From Obrimoposthia wandeli (taxonomy: Eukaryota): DNA of 64,000 bases. A program made the position numbers and the translations under genes. The stretch covers positions 248,001-312,000 of the forward strand of contig CDROCS010004848.1 of NCBI GenBank assembly GCA_977020255.1, written 5' to 3'. The notes beneath the pieces are model-generated. The model had not been told where the DNA came from and searched no databases. It was given only the letters and a program-made list of their open reading frames with translations. Position 1 is the stretch's first letter. Each line of letters begins with the position of its first letter. Shown here piece by piece: positions 50,817-64,000 of the stretch.

Positions 50817-53354
50817 ATGGTAAGTTTCTTGTTATTTTTCTGATATTTTAATATTTTTCTAGAATGGCAACATGAATAAACGATTAATGCTACGATGAGA
50901 GTCACAAGAAATGTGATTTGAAAATGAAGAGCTACTTTTGGCAGAAGTTCAAAGGACAACTCTTCTACGTCTGTCCAGTATGTCTCTCTGCGAAGGAAAT
51001 TGATTAGTTGGAGTTTGTGGCGCATCATCGCACCCATCTTCGATATTTCCAGCAACGTGGCAAGAATGCCATCTTCCAGGATAGAGCTCACAGTAATATG
51101 ACTGCTTCTCATGCTACCATTTCTCAAGATCCGGTTGCTGCTCCAGTTGCTGTTTCTTCGCCAGTTACTGCCCCAATTGCTGGTCAGTATCTACTCCAAT
51201 TGCTGCTGCACCAGTTGCTGCACCAATTACTTAGCCAATTGCTGCGCCAGTTGCTTCTCCACCATCTGCTGTACCCTCTACTATGCTTCCAGTTATGCCT
51301 CCTCCATCAACAGTTGGTATGATCCCTGCGCCGTTACCAGCATCTACCCGCAAGAGAAGTGTTATGCTCACTTCAGGTAGCTCTGTTGCGAAGTTCTCCA
51401 GGGTTAATGCTGTTAAGTGAAAAACTAGTGCACGATTGAGACATTGTCATTAGATGTTTCTAATGACAATGTCATTGATTTACAAGTTCCCGAGTCACGT
51501 TTGACTAGCTTAAGGGACACAGTCAGCAAGTTTGTGACTTGTAAGGTACAATTCGGGTGCGTGTTGAATTTTCCAATATTGGAGAAACACGTGTTTGGAA
51601 TCTTTCCAATAGAGGGCTCCCCATAGATGATGGATTTATAGATCGCTCTGGGACTATATGCTGGTCTATATGAAGATGAACGTCTACCCTCTAGCAGATG
51701 TATCTACAGCATTCCGGACCAAGGCCATTGCTGACAATGGATTGGAGCCGCTCAATTTCTTCTCCATCCCTGATTTGTATTTTACTAATTTTTTCTAAGT
51801 AAATTGTCACAAAGTAAATTTTCATTAAGTAATTTTTATTAAGTAACTTTTCACTAAGTAATGATTTTCACAAAGTAATAATAATTTTCACAAAGTAATG
51901 ATTTTTACAATGATTTTAATAATTGTTTTATTTCCAGGACTGACTTTCGCGAGTGCTTTCAAGTCCCTGCTTCGCCCGGATTCTTCTTCTGCTGCTCCTC
52001 CTGAACGAGTCGAGCTAATCCAGGATCCGGAGATGTACCGTCTCTTCCGCTCCGGGATTTGTGGGGGCATGACCTTTGTGAATGAACACAAGGTGGACGC
52101 CATCAACGGTACTGTACTTTTGTACATTGATGTAAATAATTTGTACGGGTGGGCCATGTCCCAGTTTTTACCTTGTGGTAACGTTTCCTGGGTGACTGAT
52201 CGGTTAGAGTTGGGGAATATTATTTCCAGCTTAAAATCAGCAGATTTATCCTGTAGTCGCTTCGCTCATTTATTGGAAATAGATTTATCCATTCCCAATG
52301 AGCTACATAATAAATTCGACGATCTTTCCCTTGCTCCAATTAAACAGCGTCCACCAGGGTGTAAGACTGAAAAATTATTATTAACGCATTACCCTAAGAA
52401 ACATTATGTTGTGCATTCTAGATTGCTACAAATGTATGTTAGACTTGGTGCTAATGTAGATTTTTTATACAAAGCTGATTTTGTATACAGAGCAATACAG
52501 TTTGAACAAACTAATGTTTTTTTCAAAATATATTGAGGATAATTCTCTCAAAAGAGCTGTGGCTACAACAGATTTCGAGCAGGATTACTACAAACTGAAG
52601 GTGAATTCTTTATTTGGAAAACTCATTGAGAATCTGATGAAAATAATTAACCTCCGGATTTGTAATACTCCACAGAAGCTGGTTACCTATTGCAGAAATC
52701 GATACGGACCTTATTGCAGTTATACTGGAAAATATTGTTTTGGATCGTCTTAGTTATATAGGCAAGGCAGTATTAGATTTAAGCAAACTTCGTATGTATG
52801 AGCTACAATATGAGCAGTTGGAGAAATATCGAGTTCAATTTAACTGTGACATTATAATTATAGCAGGTGACACTGTTAGTTTTTTCTTGAAGTGCAATAA
52901 TGTAAATGTTCAAGAAACATTGTTACCTGCTATGATTGCTGATGAACTGTTGGATACCTCGAAATTTTCAAAAACCCATCTGCTTTATACTACGCTTAAA
53001 TCAGCGATAGGTAAATTTAAAGATGAGGGCAAGGGATTATTTAGTTATAGGCAAGGGATTTTTCTACGACCAAAATTATATAGCCTAGAGACTACAGAAG
53101 GTGAATCTCAGATGAGAGCTAAAGGTATTAGTCTCCGACAGACAAGTATTAGGCACTCTAATTACTTAGCCGTCTATGAGAGTGGCGTTAGCGAGCGTGT
53201 ACAACAACAACGTATAAGCTCATGAAATTATGAATTTTTTACTGTAAGGTTAAGTAAAATTACCTTAAGCAGTAGCGATGATAAACGCAAGTGGGTGGAG
53301 AAAAACCAATCAGTTGCCTATGGTAACCTTTTATACCCGGACGATGTTGTATAA
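50817..53354 (+). pseudogene. Protein-primed DNA polymerase B, internally deleted, intron-containing
   Basis: LADV..F....NGLEPLNFFSIP|GLT, GGMTFVN, YIDVNNLYGWAMSQFLP, KLKVNSLFGK, GDTVS, IGKFKDE, RPKLYS, SDDKR. N-terminal C2H2-like and Ala/Pro-rich segments. Most of the exonuclease region is missing. Confidence 0.93.
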
Positions 53355-53859
53355 ACGTTTTATATGTCTATATATATATATTTTACTCTCCTTTGTGATT
53401 TTAAGGTATATATGTTTTAAAAATACTTGTCTTTATTTTAAAATTATTTATATATACATAAAGTTGCAGGTTTTTTGCAATATAGATGCAGTACGTGACT
53501 GTCTTTGTAGGTATTGATGACTGTCTTTGTTAGACGCTCACACACATACATACATGTATAAGAATAAATGTAATATGTGACTTGTTACTATTGATAACAT
53601 ACAGTTGCAAGTATTTACAATATAGATGCAGTACGTGACTGCCTTTGTTAGATAGATACACGAACGTTTAAACATATTTATAAAATTATATAATATTTAT
53701 TTTTATAAGTAGATAGTTTGATTGAATTTAGTTTAAATAAATTATGTAAGTTAAACTTGAACACACACACACATAAGATGTCTTTTAGTGAAGACCGCGT
53801 GTTAATACCACCTTTAGATAAAAATATATATAGTTTTAAAGTATTTTACTAAAAATAGA

Positions 53860-54122
53860 ATATGAGTCATGCAATGAGTCATCGATGAGTCATATTTTTG
53901 ACCTCACCGTGACCTTAAATGACATTGTCCTCATGTGACCTTAACTTAACCTTAAATGACCTTGACCCATGAGGTTATGACCTTGACTTGACCTCATGAG
54001 GTCATGACCTACGATTTGTCCTCATCGTGACCTTAACTTGACCTACATTTTTTTTCCCTCATCATGACCTGAACTTGTCCTCAGGGAGGGGCTTTGTTCT
54101 AGAAGAGCTACATCTACCTACT
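53860..54122. repeat. Right terminal region of the large Polinton: TGAGTCA x3, TGACCT x10, terminus ACATCTACCTACT
   Basis: The terminus matches the other elements' ends at 12/13 nt. Followed by AATGTA (expected TSD). Confidence 0.8.
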
Positions 54123-56483
54123 AATGTAAAATGAGTTGATACAAATAATGTTTACGGTACCAAAATCAATAGTCGCATAATAAAAGAAATGAAAGAAGTT
54201 TCTGACATAGAAAAAAATTAAAATACGAAGTATTATTAAATCCGAATTTTTCATCTATAAGGTCACGTTAAACAAGTAGCCACTATCTTTCTTGGTTTGG
54301 AGCTTCTTCACCTACTGTCGCATTCTTCGTTTCTTAAGACCCGTCAGTTCTTAATGGTGACAGTCCCAATCTCTTGTTCTGCAATACCACTGGGACCAGA
54401 AATAAATGCCTAACCATGTTTTCTGAATGTTTCACATAAAGTCGCGTCTCATAGTCATTAAATTCTTAAGGTAGAACTGTTAATGAAGCTTAATGAAGCA
54501 AGCAGTATTTAACAATTTCAAAGTGAATAAATTAACTAAGAAATTAACTTTTGGGGAAATGAGCTCTTACAATATGGGACTTACATGTATGTGTAAGACC
54601 TACCGGGATATTCTCAAATCTGATGGTTAATCAATTTAGGACGGAAATAAGGTTACCTACACCTTGACTGTTGCTGGTTGCCATTGAGGGAGTTGCGACA
54701 GAAGTTATACGTGTTTATTTAATTTATATTTTGACTCTCCACTATTTTGATTCGGTTACTTCCTTGATTTTCTAGAGAGATCGGTAGACTGTTTGTTAAG
54801 TAGCTGATCATTGTTTAGTGGGTCGTTGATTTATCTTTGAGATTCAATTCTGACTTATCCTCCAGACTTAATCACTAAATCGTCCCAGGAAACACTGCGG
54901 TGTCACCATAATTCGCCAGCTCCAACTACTGACTGCTTACCTGGCTCCACAAGTCTGAATGTACCTCCCGTGAATCCGACTAATACGGTCAGCTCAAGTC
55001 TCCTAAGGTTAACAAACTCCACCCAGGAGATTTATTTATGTTCCCCTTTCGGTTCCCAGGGAATTTGCTGTTTATTCAATTAAAATATTTTATTCCATTT
55101 GCCCCTTAATTTGTCTTTGACTTGGACTGTAAATATAGCTATTTCCACTTCCACTTGTCCTTGTCGAAACCTCAATAATATGACTAAATGCTCTTATTTT
55201 CTAAAGTATCAAAAAATATTCTATGACAGCAGATTCATTTTAAATAAATTTAAGTGAACGATAAATCACTTTAAATTGCTATTTTCAAACTGTTGGGAGA
55301 GTGGTGATGAGGCAGCAGTGATATGGAAAATATTTATCCCAGGAAATTTTGATACGGTAGAAAGCACGATGGATATATTTGATAAACTGCTGTATGTATT
55401 TGAGAAACTAAATAACCTAACTCGTTTATATTCGGAATGAATCCAATATTTGAGTACTGAAGAACTTTCCTAAAATATGAAGGCTAGTGAGGACAAATGT
55501 TTACAAAATGATCCCTTCATAGTAGATGATATATTTTCATTTCGGGCTACGATTTAAATTTGTCTGCTGAAATTTAGTGTTGGATTTTTGAAATGAATTC
55601 CCGGGAAATAAACGGGTTGAGCTTTAGCATTCCATGGACTAGCTTCATACTAGAGCCCATTCCTTTTTCACCTTATTCGCTGCAAATTGCTGACTGCAGC
55701 CTCTCCAACATGTAGGAAAACACTCTCGACAACAGCTCGTGGAGGATATCCCACCTAAGTCACGACTTTGCTTTCCATTCTGCAAACAGACATCCATTAT
55801 CAGAATTACAGAATTAGCGTCATTAACAAGCATGTGGTAATATTTTCTAAATAGCAAAACCCCGAATATCACGGTTTCGATTTATTGCGGCATATGATTA
55901 ATAATCTTTTCCGAGTTTTTGAATATTTAAATATTTAAAACTTTTCAGTGCAATCAGCAGTTATAAAGGGATATTTATGACGAAAAATAGAAGAAAATTC
56001 AAAACAAACTAGTTTTTTACAATATTTTTTAAAAATAAATAGCAGCTTCAAATTAATGTGTTGTTTTAATTTATTTCCTTCTCAATTCAAAATATTTTCG
56101 AAAATTCGCACAAAAACTGAATATTCCATACGTTATATTTCCCGATTTTTGCGGGTTTTCTCCCATAATCGGACAGCATTAACCGCAATATTCGGCGTAT
56201 TTCTGTACATTGAAATCGCTTCTTATTTCTGGCAGAAATTTAAAACTGTCTCAATAATATTTTAAATACTGTTCTCAATTTTGACTCATCCATTTAATAA
56301 GTATGGATTTGATTTTACCCCTTTCTCCATCTGTGCACAAATATTCGTAATGATTTTCAAAATAATGACTTTTAAGGGCATTTCGGTCGCATGTATATTG
56401 AAGGTTGAAATCTTTTTGAGTTAATGTATTTTTAAAATCGACAGCACTGAGTTTCTACTAAATCTACAAACCAGCGTACGTAA

Positions 56484-56520
56484 AAATAGCTACCTGGAAT
56501 ATGAAAACACTGAAGATGCA
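56484..56520 (+). pseudogene. Possible RTE-type LINE endonuclease N-terminal remnant
   Basis: KIATWNMKTL resembles the APE motif I (GTWNVRTL). Nothing else recognisable. Confidence 0.3.
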
Positions 56521-58614
56521 TAGTAGGAATTAGCGGCCCACGAAAAATGCGCACCAAATCAGCTGTGAGGATGTAGCACTTGTCACACAGTCATGCTGTT
56601 CACAATGCCATTATGCAGACTCATTCACCAAATTCAGATGTGGAAGACGCAGACTCGCTGTATCTACCCATGAGTCCCAGCACGTTAGCTACTCTCAATG
56701 ACAGGATTGGTACACAAGTCTGAAAACGTCTCGCAAGTCTCTGGACGGCACATCATGCATGAATAATACCAATTTATGATGCGTTACCACATTTCAGATT
56801 AAACCACTGCGTATGTACGATGACCAGCACCTTCTGTGCATACTAAATCGACGAGCCTTGACCATTTTCAAGACCTTTTCAATATCTAAAATGTTTACAA
56901 ATATAAATATAAAAGTGAATATAAATGAGTAAGCTTATTTGTTGATTTAAATTTTAATTTGAAACTGAAACCAAATGAAAAGTACTGAATAATTTCCAAA
57001 CATTTTTATGTGCCCTGTAATCCCTACTGATTGATTCTATAACTTTTTTGGTGATTGTCTCACTCCAAGTGAAACTACAGCCACGGACTGTCGATTCCTT
57101 GCTAATTTTATGCTCACATTTGCCTTAATATTTATTTAATAAATTATGAGAACTTCTTTCCTTAACCTTTAGCTTGATCACCGAATAATATAATTTCAAT
57201 AATGTTTAATGTCAAATGCAATTAATTTTTTGTATATTTAAATATAAATAAATATTGGCAAACAAATTATTTGTCCATTGAAATCACAACAAATTATTAT
57301 TCGAGGGAGAAAAACATTGTACGGGAAAGTCGTACTTTATGCGGTGATAATAAATCATTTTTCCTGCTGTCACAGTTGCATTATTAGAGACCATCATCAG
57401 TATGAAAATTCAGAAAGTTGTTAGTAACACAATAAACATAAAAAATATAAAATTAATATGTTAATGTTGACGTTATGATAACTCTGACAGAAATTGAGAT
57501 CCGACAAACACAGCAAACTTCTATTTTTACAACTATTTTGCTGCAAGATTCTGAATTAAGAAGAAATTAAAGTTAATTGAAAAACGAAATTTTTAGACCA
57601 TTTCTTAGAAGAAAAAAAGGGGTATCTTTAAACATGTTGTGGGCATCTATGACGTCTTTAACGCTAATATGTCGTTCCCAGTAAGGGGCTACTAAGGTGG
57701 CTGCCTCGGGAACTGTTTTCATATCAGACTCTCTCCAGCAAAATCTCTATTGGATAAAAGGAATCTCATTATTTCAAGAAATACCATAATCTCGATTGAA
57801 TAGATTTTACTAGAGGAGAATGCCTGCATTTATCCTTTCTATAGTAGAATATCCATCTCAGACATATGCTCGGATAGGAGCCGACTCCTAATCGTTTGTT
57901 TCGGTATAACTATTTCATTCTAACTTATTTACATCAAAATTGGAGTCAAACTATTTTTCTAGACAGCATGAACCTAGCTTGAATGGTGTCGAATATGTGT
58001 ATTGCCAGCGATCACAGGGCGAAGATCCTGAGTAGCGGACCTACGTCACTAGACTGAGTCGATAAGTGCCTCCTTGCGAGTTCCTGGGTTGAGGATGCCG
58101 ACAAGCCAAGTCGATGAGAAAGGTCGTCGTTATCAAGGCGCCAGCTACCGAAACTGCCGATGGAGACTGTGTTGACAAGCATAATCTTTTCCAAAATATG
58201 AGTCTTGGTTTCCACAGCCATGGGCATGAAGCTGCGCCATTTCAAAATTGTTAATTTTTTCGAGTCACTTGATGTCAATGAGGATGAAGCTGCATATGTG
58301 CTCGTCAACGACCATGTAATGACATCAATGATGCGATTGTGCCACCCTATTGATGCCTGGAGAGTGTTGTACCAGAACTGGAGTAGCTCTGCACTTTAGC
58401 GACTGCGCTTCGCTTGCAGTTGTCACTTTTACTTGTTTATGGCGTATTATAAATGATAATCGGGTACTTGAGTAAATGTCTGCAGTTTGGTAAAAGTTAT
58501 CATAATTAAGAAGAAATACATACATTTAAAGTTGATAACTTTACCGACAAATGCAGGATTAAAATTGATTTATAATTAGATTGATTTATTTTCATGGCAT
58601 TTAAAATTTCAAGT

Positions 58615-59330
58615 CACAGTTTTATTTTGAAGAAAAGAGCTGCAGAGAATTCGGATTGTTTCTGGACGTTTATATTGGCTATGCTTCGCCCGATAGAAGA
58701 TGTACAGATTGATTTCATCGACTTAGAAACGTTTTTGAAATGAAAGACAAAGAACGTTGCAGTGCACCAAATCATTTGAAGATGAAGAATTGGATAGATT
58801 ACTTGACAAAGATCCGTGTCAGAAACTGAAAGAGCTCTCTGATCCATTAAATGATGAAGAATCGACTATAGGCAAACGTTTGAAAGCAAAAGGGAGTATT
58901 TCAAAAATCGAGAAAGGGCCCAAAGAAAGAAAGAAACGCTGAAAGACGATTGTTACTGGTGACGAAAAATGAATTTATTACGATAATCTAAAGAATGGAA
59001 AATCATAGACGAAACCAGGCCAGACTTCGATGTTAAACTGAATCCTCGTGTAATAAAGGCTGTGTTTGCCTGAAACTCTCTGGTGGGTTGAGTAAAATAA
59101 CTTAAAGAAAATCGTCCACAAATGCCAAATTTTACTGTATTTAACTTCTTCCATGGGATGTGCTACTTCATCTGGCGTATTCGCCCGATATTGCTCCATA
59201 ATTTATTTCGATCGACCTTTAATTCGTATGAAGATATCAAAATTTAGCTTGATGTCTGGATGTCTTCAAATAATCCACATTTATTCTACAGTTAAATCCA
59301 TTTGTTAACTGAAAAATAAGAAAATGTCAG
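58615..59330 (+). mobile_element. Decayed mariner (Mos1-like) transposase
   Basis: FYLKKRAAE..., FEDEELDRLLDKDPCQKLKEL, IVTGDEK*IYYDN, AYSPDIAP. Internal deletions. Confidence 0.9.
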
Positions 59331-61760
59331 AGCTGCCGAAGAAAATATTCTTCATTATTTTGTTATTAATAATATTTTTGTTTTATAAAATTTTGCTAAA
59401 TATTAAGAATATTTTATCTTACTTTTTATTGGCTATGTATTTTTCAATACCTGAGAGTTATATTGGGAGAATTGAATGTAATGCCGCTGTGATCTCGCAA
59501 TATGTGTAGTGATAAACTAAAAGTAACTTAGTATGATTTTGAAACTGAATGCATTCATATTCTAATTTAGCTCCCAATTGTGTTCAATTTCTCTGTCCTA
59601 CAAACACTGGGTAAGTAATTTTTCTTTTCCTTTGTCAAGTTTGTCACTTTGACTCTTTCTTCGTTGGAATTTTTGATGTGAATGAGGCGACACTTCCATT
59701 TCCTTCTAACTTGATCCCTACTGCAGAGTTGGGACTGCTCAGTTTGAATTTCAACAACATTTGTTTCTCTGTTCACCATTACAACTTTGTAACACTTTTC
59801 GGCTATCCCTTCACAAAGGCTGTCAAAGAGGACATATAAATATATAATGCAGTAAATAAAATATTACCAAATATAAATATTTTGTTACATTTTAACGCAG
59901 GATACAAGTTTTCCCCAATTTTGGGAGGTTTAACAGTATTTGCTTCAATATACAACAAATCACCAGATGTATAGTGAAATGAATCTGTAAAATTAAATTT
60001 ATATTTTATTTACTTCTTCAGTTTACAGCATTTAAATTTTTCAAAATATTTTTAAGACTATTTTTGCTTAATTTTATTGATGTAAAATAAATAAAAAATA
60101 TTTACAATTCTAGTTTTTATGAAAATTATTTACTGAATATTTGTTTGTATTTGTTTAATTTAAGTTAATTAATTTTCAGACGATTCAAAAATATTGTTGA
60201 TGAAAAAGAGGAAAATATGATCAAAAATGAAAAATATTTTTAAATCCTATGTAATATGCTTAATGAAAAATGAAAGTTACGCAATCTAAGAACTCCAAAA
60301 ATTAACCTGTAATGCCAAAAATATTTGCAAAACGTGAAATAAGCCTAATTTTAAATGTGAGCCCTTCTCGTAGAGTTTCAAATTTCTTTCTCACATGTCT
60401 AAATATCGAGTTGTTCAAACCAAAATGGATCGAAAACTACAAGGAAGTGCTACTAAAATTTGCCAGAGAGCATAAAGAAAACTGAACAACTTCAGCTGAA
60501 ATCATCTGGCCTGATGAGAAATGGTTAAAAGTAAAGATTCGTCGATCACAAATGAAGTCTTGAAAGAGAGAAGGTGGAACAATGGGAGAAGGATTTAACG
60601 AAGGTTAAATAAAATAAAAACAAGTTATTTTAAAGAAATGTTTCAAAGTTGTAATTTTATGATATTAATCAGGGTCAATATCTGTCCGATGGAAATAGTT
60701 CATTGAATAGTCAGGATAGCGCCTCTGCTCATACAGCTAAAGTTACTAAACACTTTCTGGACGACAATCAAATCCATAGTCCGGTTTTAATGTTTTTCTT
60801 GAAATGATTATCCGAAAGTAATAAGAGGATTTTTTTTCCTTCATTTACACGGTTAAAAGTCAATTTCACTATGAATGAAAATTGAGCTGTTATATGATAA
60901 CATAAATTGTCAAAAGTTCTTCATTTAAAAGGAAGAAATACTTACAAATTTTAGGATTCCAGTTCCCTACGAACTGTAAATCAATCTGCGATGAATAAAT
61001 AAATTTGGATTAAACTGTTTTTTGTAATTGTTTTAATTTAATCTCCAGTTGAGATTGTTGAATTTATTTTTGATAAAGGCCGATATAAAAGTTTTACTCT
61101 TTAAAACAATTATTTGAATTTTTAAAAGCAGTTTCAGTCGTTTGTTTGATTTACTTTAAAATGTTGGTTTTCTTATAATTATTATTTTGTCTTCCAGTTG
61201 AGGATATGGGTCTTCTTTTGTACTCAAAAACCGTTCTCTCAAATTAACATGAATCGTTTAGCAATTTTGCTCGGCTTAGCCATCTTTCACCCGTACGCGA
61301 TGAAAGTTCATTGTGTGTACTCGTGACTTTGGATGCCTCTTGTACGGATGGATTCAACAGTTTTCAACTCCCCATTAATCACTAAGTCAGAATGCCTTGG
61401 GACTGTTGATGGGAAAATCCCCGATTTAGAGTGACAGTTAACAACCACAAGAATATGGACTGTGATAGAATTTTTGTAGTCGAACATGCATACTCAGAAG
61501 CATACTCGGAAGTTCTTAAATCTTTTCACATGTTTTTAAAAATAATTTCGTAGAAAGAATAATTTAAAAGAACTTTGAATTCCTACAGTCAGTGAAATTG
61601 ACATGTTTCAGTAAATATCTTCAAACATTGAAGATCACCACAACTTCATAAGACTTGTTCATATTAATGCAGAAATCCCACCAAAGTTCATGAAATACGA
61701 TATCAACAAATTTGCCAATCTCTAAATGTTTTGAAAATCCATTTTGATATATGTTCAAAG

Positions 61761-62132
61761 TTAAAAAAATTTACCTTGTCCCAAAACCTTCAAAAACAAA
61801 TATAGACGAATATCAAAATTGACAAAGAATTTTGTACAGTGTTTCAGTTTGTTCCATAGTCTGCTGTCTGGGAACACGTCAGTTGTGAAAACTAAGGTAA
61901 TTGGAACTTCAAACGATCCCTGTGTGTAGCTTTCCCATGGTAATGCGAGGAGGACACATCTGTCAAACAATTGTGTTTCCAAATTGATTTGCCATTGCAA
62001 CTGGAACAGCTTACGAGCTGAGTAATCTTTTAATTTAATTAAATCCATCAGCTCGTGCTTGAAGAGTGCGGTCGCTGCCAGGAATCCCACCTGGATTCCA
62101 AGACAGGTATTGCTCAAGGGTGGCAGACACAA
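61761..62132 (-). CDS. Probable exon of an unidentified host gene (other candidate exons near 59570-59990 and 62460-62740)
   Basis: Open GC-richer block ending at a GT donor (CAAG|GTAAAT). No recognisable domain. Confidence 0.35.
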   Translation of the reverse strand: MCLPPLSNTCLGIQVGFLAATALFKHELMDLIKLKDYSARKLFQLQWQINLETQLFDRCVLLALPWESYTQGSFEVPITLVFTTDVFPDSRLWNKLKHCTKFFVNFDIRLYLFLKVLGQGKFF

Positions 62133-63691
62133 ATGGGATAAAAATAGTTCGGTTTAGAGCATGACACTATCGCAGTTTTGCAGCAGGACATTTTGCATGA
62201 TATTGAAAAACAGATGATTCAAATTTAAGAAATTGCAAGATTATCGAAAAATAGATTCTCAAGACTCTCTAAATGCATAGAAGATCCCATCCCCTTTTCC
62301 CTCTCTCCCATCTTGCTTTCATTAATTCCTACCATCCATCCATCTCTTTATCCATCCATCCCTCCTGCCATCCATCTAAAGGATGGAGGAAGGGAAGGTG
62401 GAAGAATGGATGAAAAGAATGAAGTCAACAATTGATGCAATAGCCACCCGCCTATTGTGATCTAAATGTATGCTGGGTCAGTCAGGTGCCCTGAGCGCAG
62501 GCAGTTAAATGTGCGATCCCACGAGTCGTCATATCGATGATGGCCTTGTGCAGATGCCTGTGCATGTCTTCCCGATACCGCGCTGTTGTGTGCCCAACTG
62601 AATGTTGCCCTTTTCCCCATCGGTATTTCTCGTGTCCCTCCTCCGCCATAATCGTCGTCGCTGTCTCCATCAATTGCCCGGAACAACATTCATCGGCGAT
62701 CCCAACTGGCCATTGTTGGAGCACCAACTACCTGGCCATAGACTATCATTAATACTAATTAGATCAATTAAAACAGTTTCCCAGAAATCAAAATGTTTCG
62801 TGTTTGATGGAACTTTTTATATTTAGAGTATTTCTGTACCGTAGGCCTCGTCATTAATTATAATTGTGAGAGAAAGTTATTTAACAAATTCGACACAGAC
62901 TGCAGAAGAGATGCGAAGGCTCGTTGAAAATAATGAGAAAATGTGTTCATTTGCGAAAGTCACCCAGCAAACTTCGATTGTATTTCAAAGAAGCCTTGAT
63001 TGGGGAATATTCCTCAAAATTCTGTTCTTTACTCAAACCCCCTTAGCACATTATTGAAAGTGTATCATGTATTAAATTGGTGGAAATGGTTTTTAAAATT
63101 ATTTTATAATTTCAAAAAGTCTTCATTTACATAATCTCTATCTTCCTTATTGACCTCCCGTCCTCGATTTGGGAGCTTAAGAATAAAAAGACTAAAGAAA
63201 TATAAAGAAATACTTGAATTAATATTTCAAAATTATTTGTCTATTTACTCAGTATTGACACAGAAAAACGGAAAATGTTTCAAAACTCCAATAGCGATTT
63301 AGAATGACTGTTCAATAATGTAGATTTGCATCTTCCGTGTCTGTTTCTGTGCAATAATTGAGCCAACATAGTCAAAATTTGACCTCTCGCTCATTTGATC
63401 ATATTTGTTAGTTTCATTTAATTGTATTACCGTGTTGCCTTCTTGTGTTTTTGGCCAATCGGTTTCTTGTGGGGGTTGCAGATGGTCTTCTAGCATTCCT
63501 TGAACTTAGAAATCTTTTACACATCATCAGTAGCATCATTAGGTCTTCCTGAAGTTTCTTTGGTTTCATTGTATTTTCTTAATATTAAATAGTTCACAAT
63601 TACATAACTTGATCTTTTCACAATATCTTTCGAGCACCTTTCATATTCTTTATTAATAAATCACGTTTAACTTTTTTCCTTCCATCTAACA

Positions 63692-63780
63692 CAGTGATTC
63701 CCAATCTATGCGTCGCGACACACTAGTGTGTCGCCAAGCATATATAAGTGTGTCGCGAAAATTTTTAAATTGCTATATAT
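63692..63780 (+). mobile_element. Probable left end of a hAT (Charlie/Buster-like) element
   Basis: CAGTGATTCCCAATCT followed by GTCGCGACACACTAGTGTGTCGC palindromic subterminal motifs. The other end is not in the window. Confidence 0.5.
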
Positions 63781-64000
63781 TATTTTATATATATTGCACA
63801 TATTTCGCATTAATTGATTTTTAAACGTACGTATTACATTTTGTTATTCAGAATGATTTTGTTATTTAATTTTAGGTTATTCGGACAGTGGTTGCATTTT
63901 TTTTTGGTGAGGAGGGAGAAAAAGAAACTCTTTTATGGAAACTGTAAAACTTTATCGATTTTGTTACAAATATTATTAAAGCGAATAATAAAGTGACGAA

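Larger units (their letters stand above)
42984..54122 (+). mobile_element. Large Polinton/Maverick (adintovirus-like) element; left end not found, may extend to about 38.3 kb
   Basis: Full core gene set (ATPase, INT, penton, MCP, PRO, pPolB) co-oriented, ending in an AG-type terminus. Confidence 0.93.

Noticed and set aside
54590-55015. TG...CA block resembling a solo LTR
   Set aside because: No TSD match, PBS or second copy.

Overview
AT-rich invertebrate nuclear DNA with tiny 35-47 bp introns, GC-rich host exons and two N gaps (30090-30345, 35011-35357). Polinton/Maverick (adintovirus-like) material dominates. (1) A large decayed element runs from about 43 kb, possibly from about 38.3 kb, to a right terminus at 54122. 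It carries packaging ATPase, chromodomain integrase, minor and major capsid, adenain-like protease and pPolB, plus a TBP-like gene and a catalytically dead DSP-type phosphatase. (2) Two TIR-bounded derivatives are nested in each other (25247-35813 and 29857-35584, 6-bp TSDs) inside a 14.5-kb intron of a host class A GPCR. (3) A 56-bp micro-derivative sits at 5899-5954. The standout is an uninterrupted stand-alone RT-RNase H ORF (41521-42909, minus) with hepadnavirus/DIRS-like motifs. It lacks gag, TP, YR or integrase, lies between Polinton-family genes, and is followed by a bulged epsilon-like stem-loop and a poly(A)-signal hairpin. Also present: a nad5 NUMT, a Tc1/pogo-type MITE, a mariner relic and several tandem repeats. 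All family calls come from motif recognition by eye; no database search was run.
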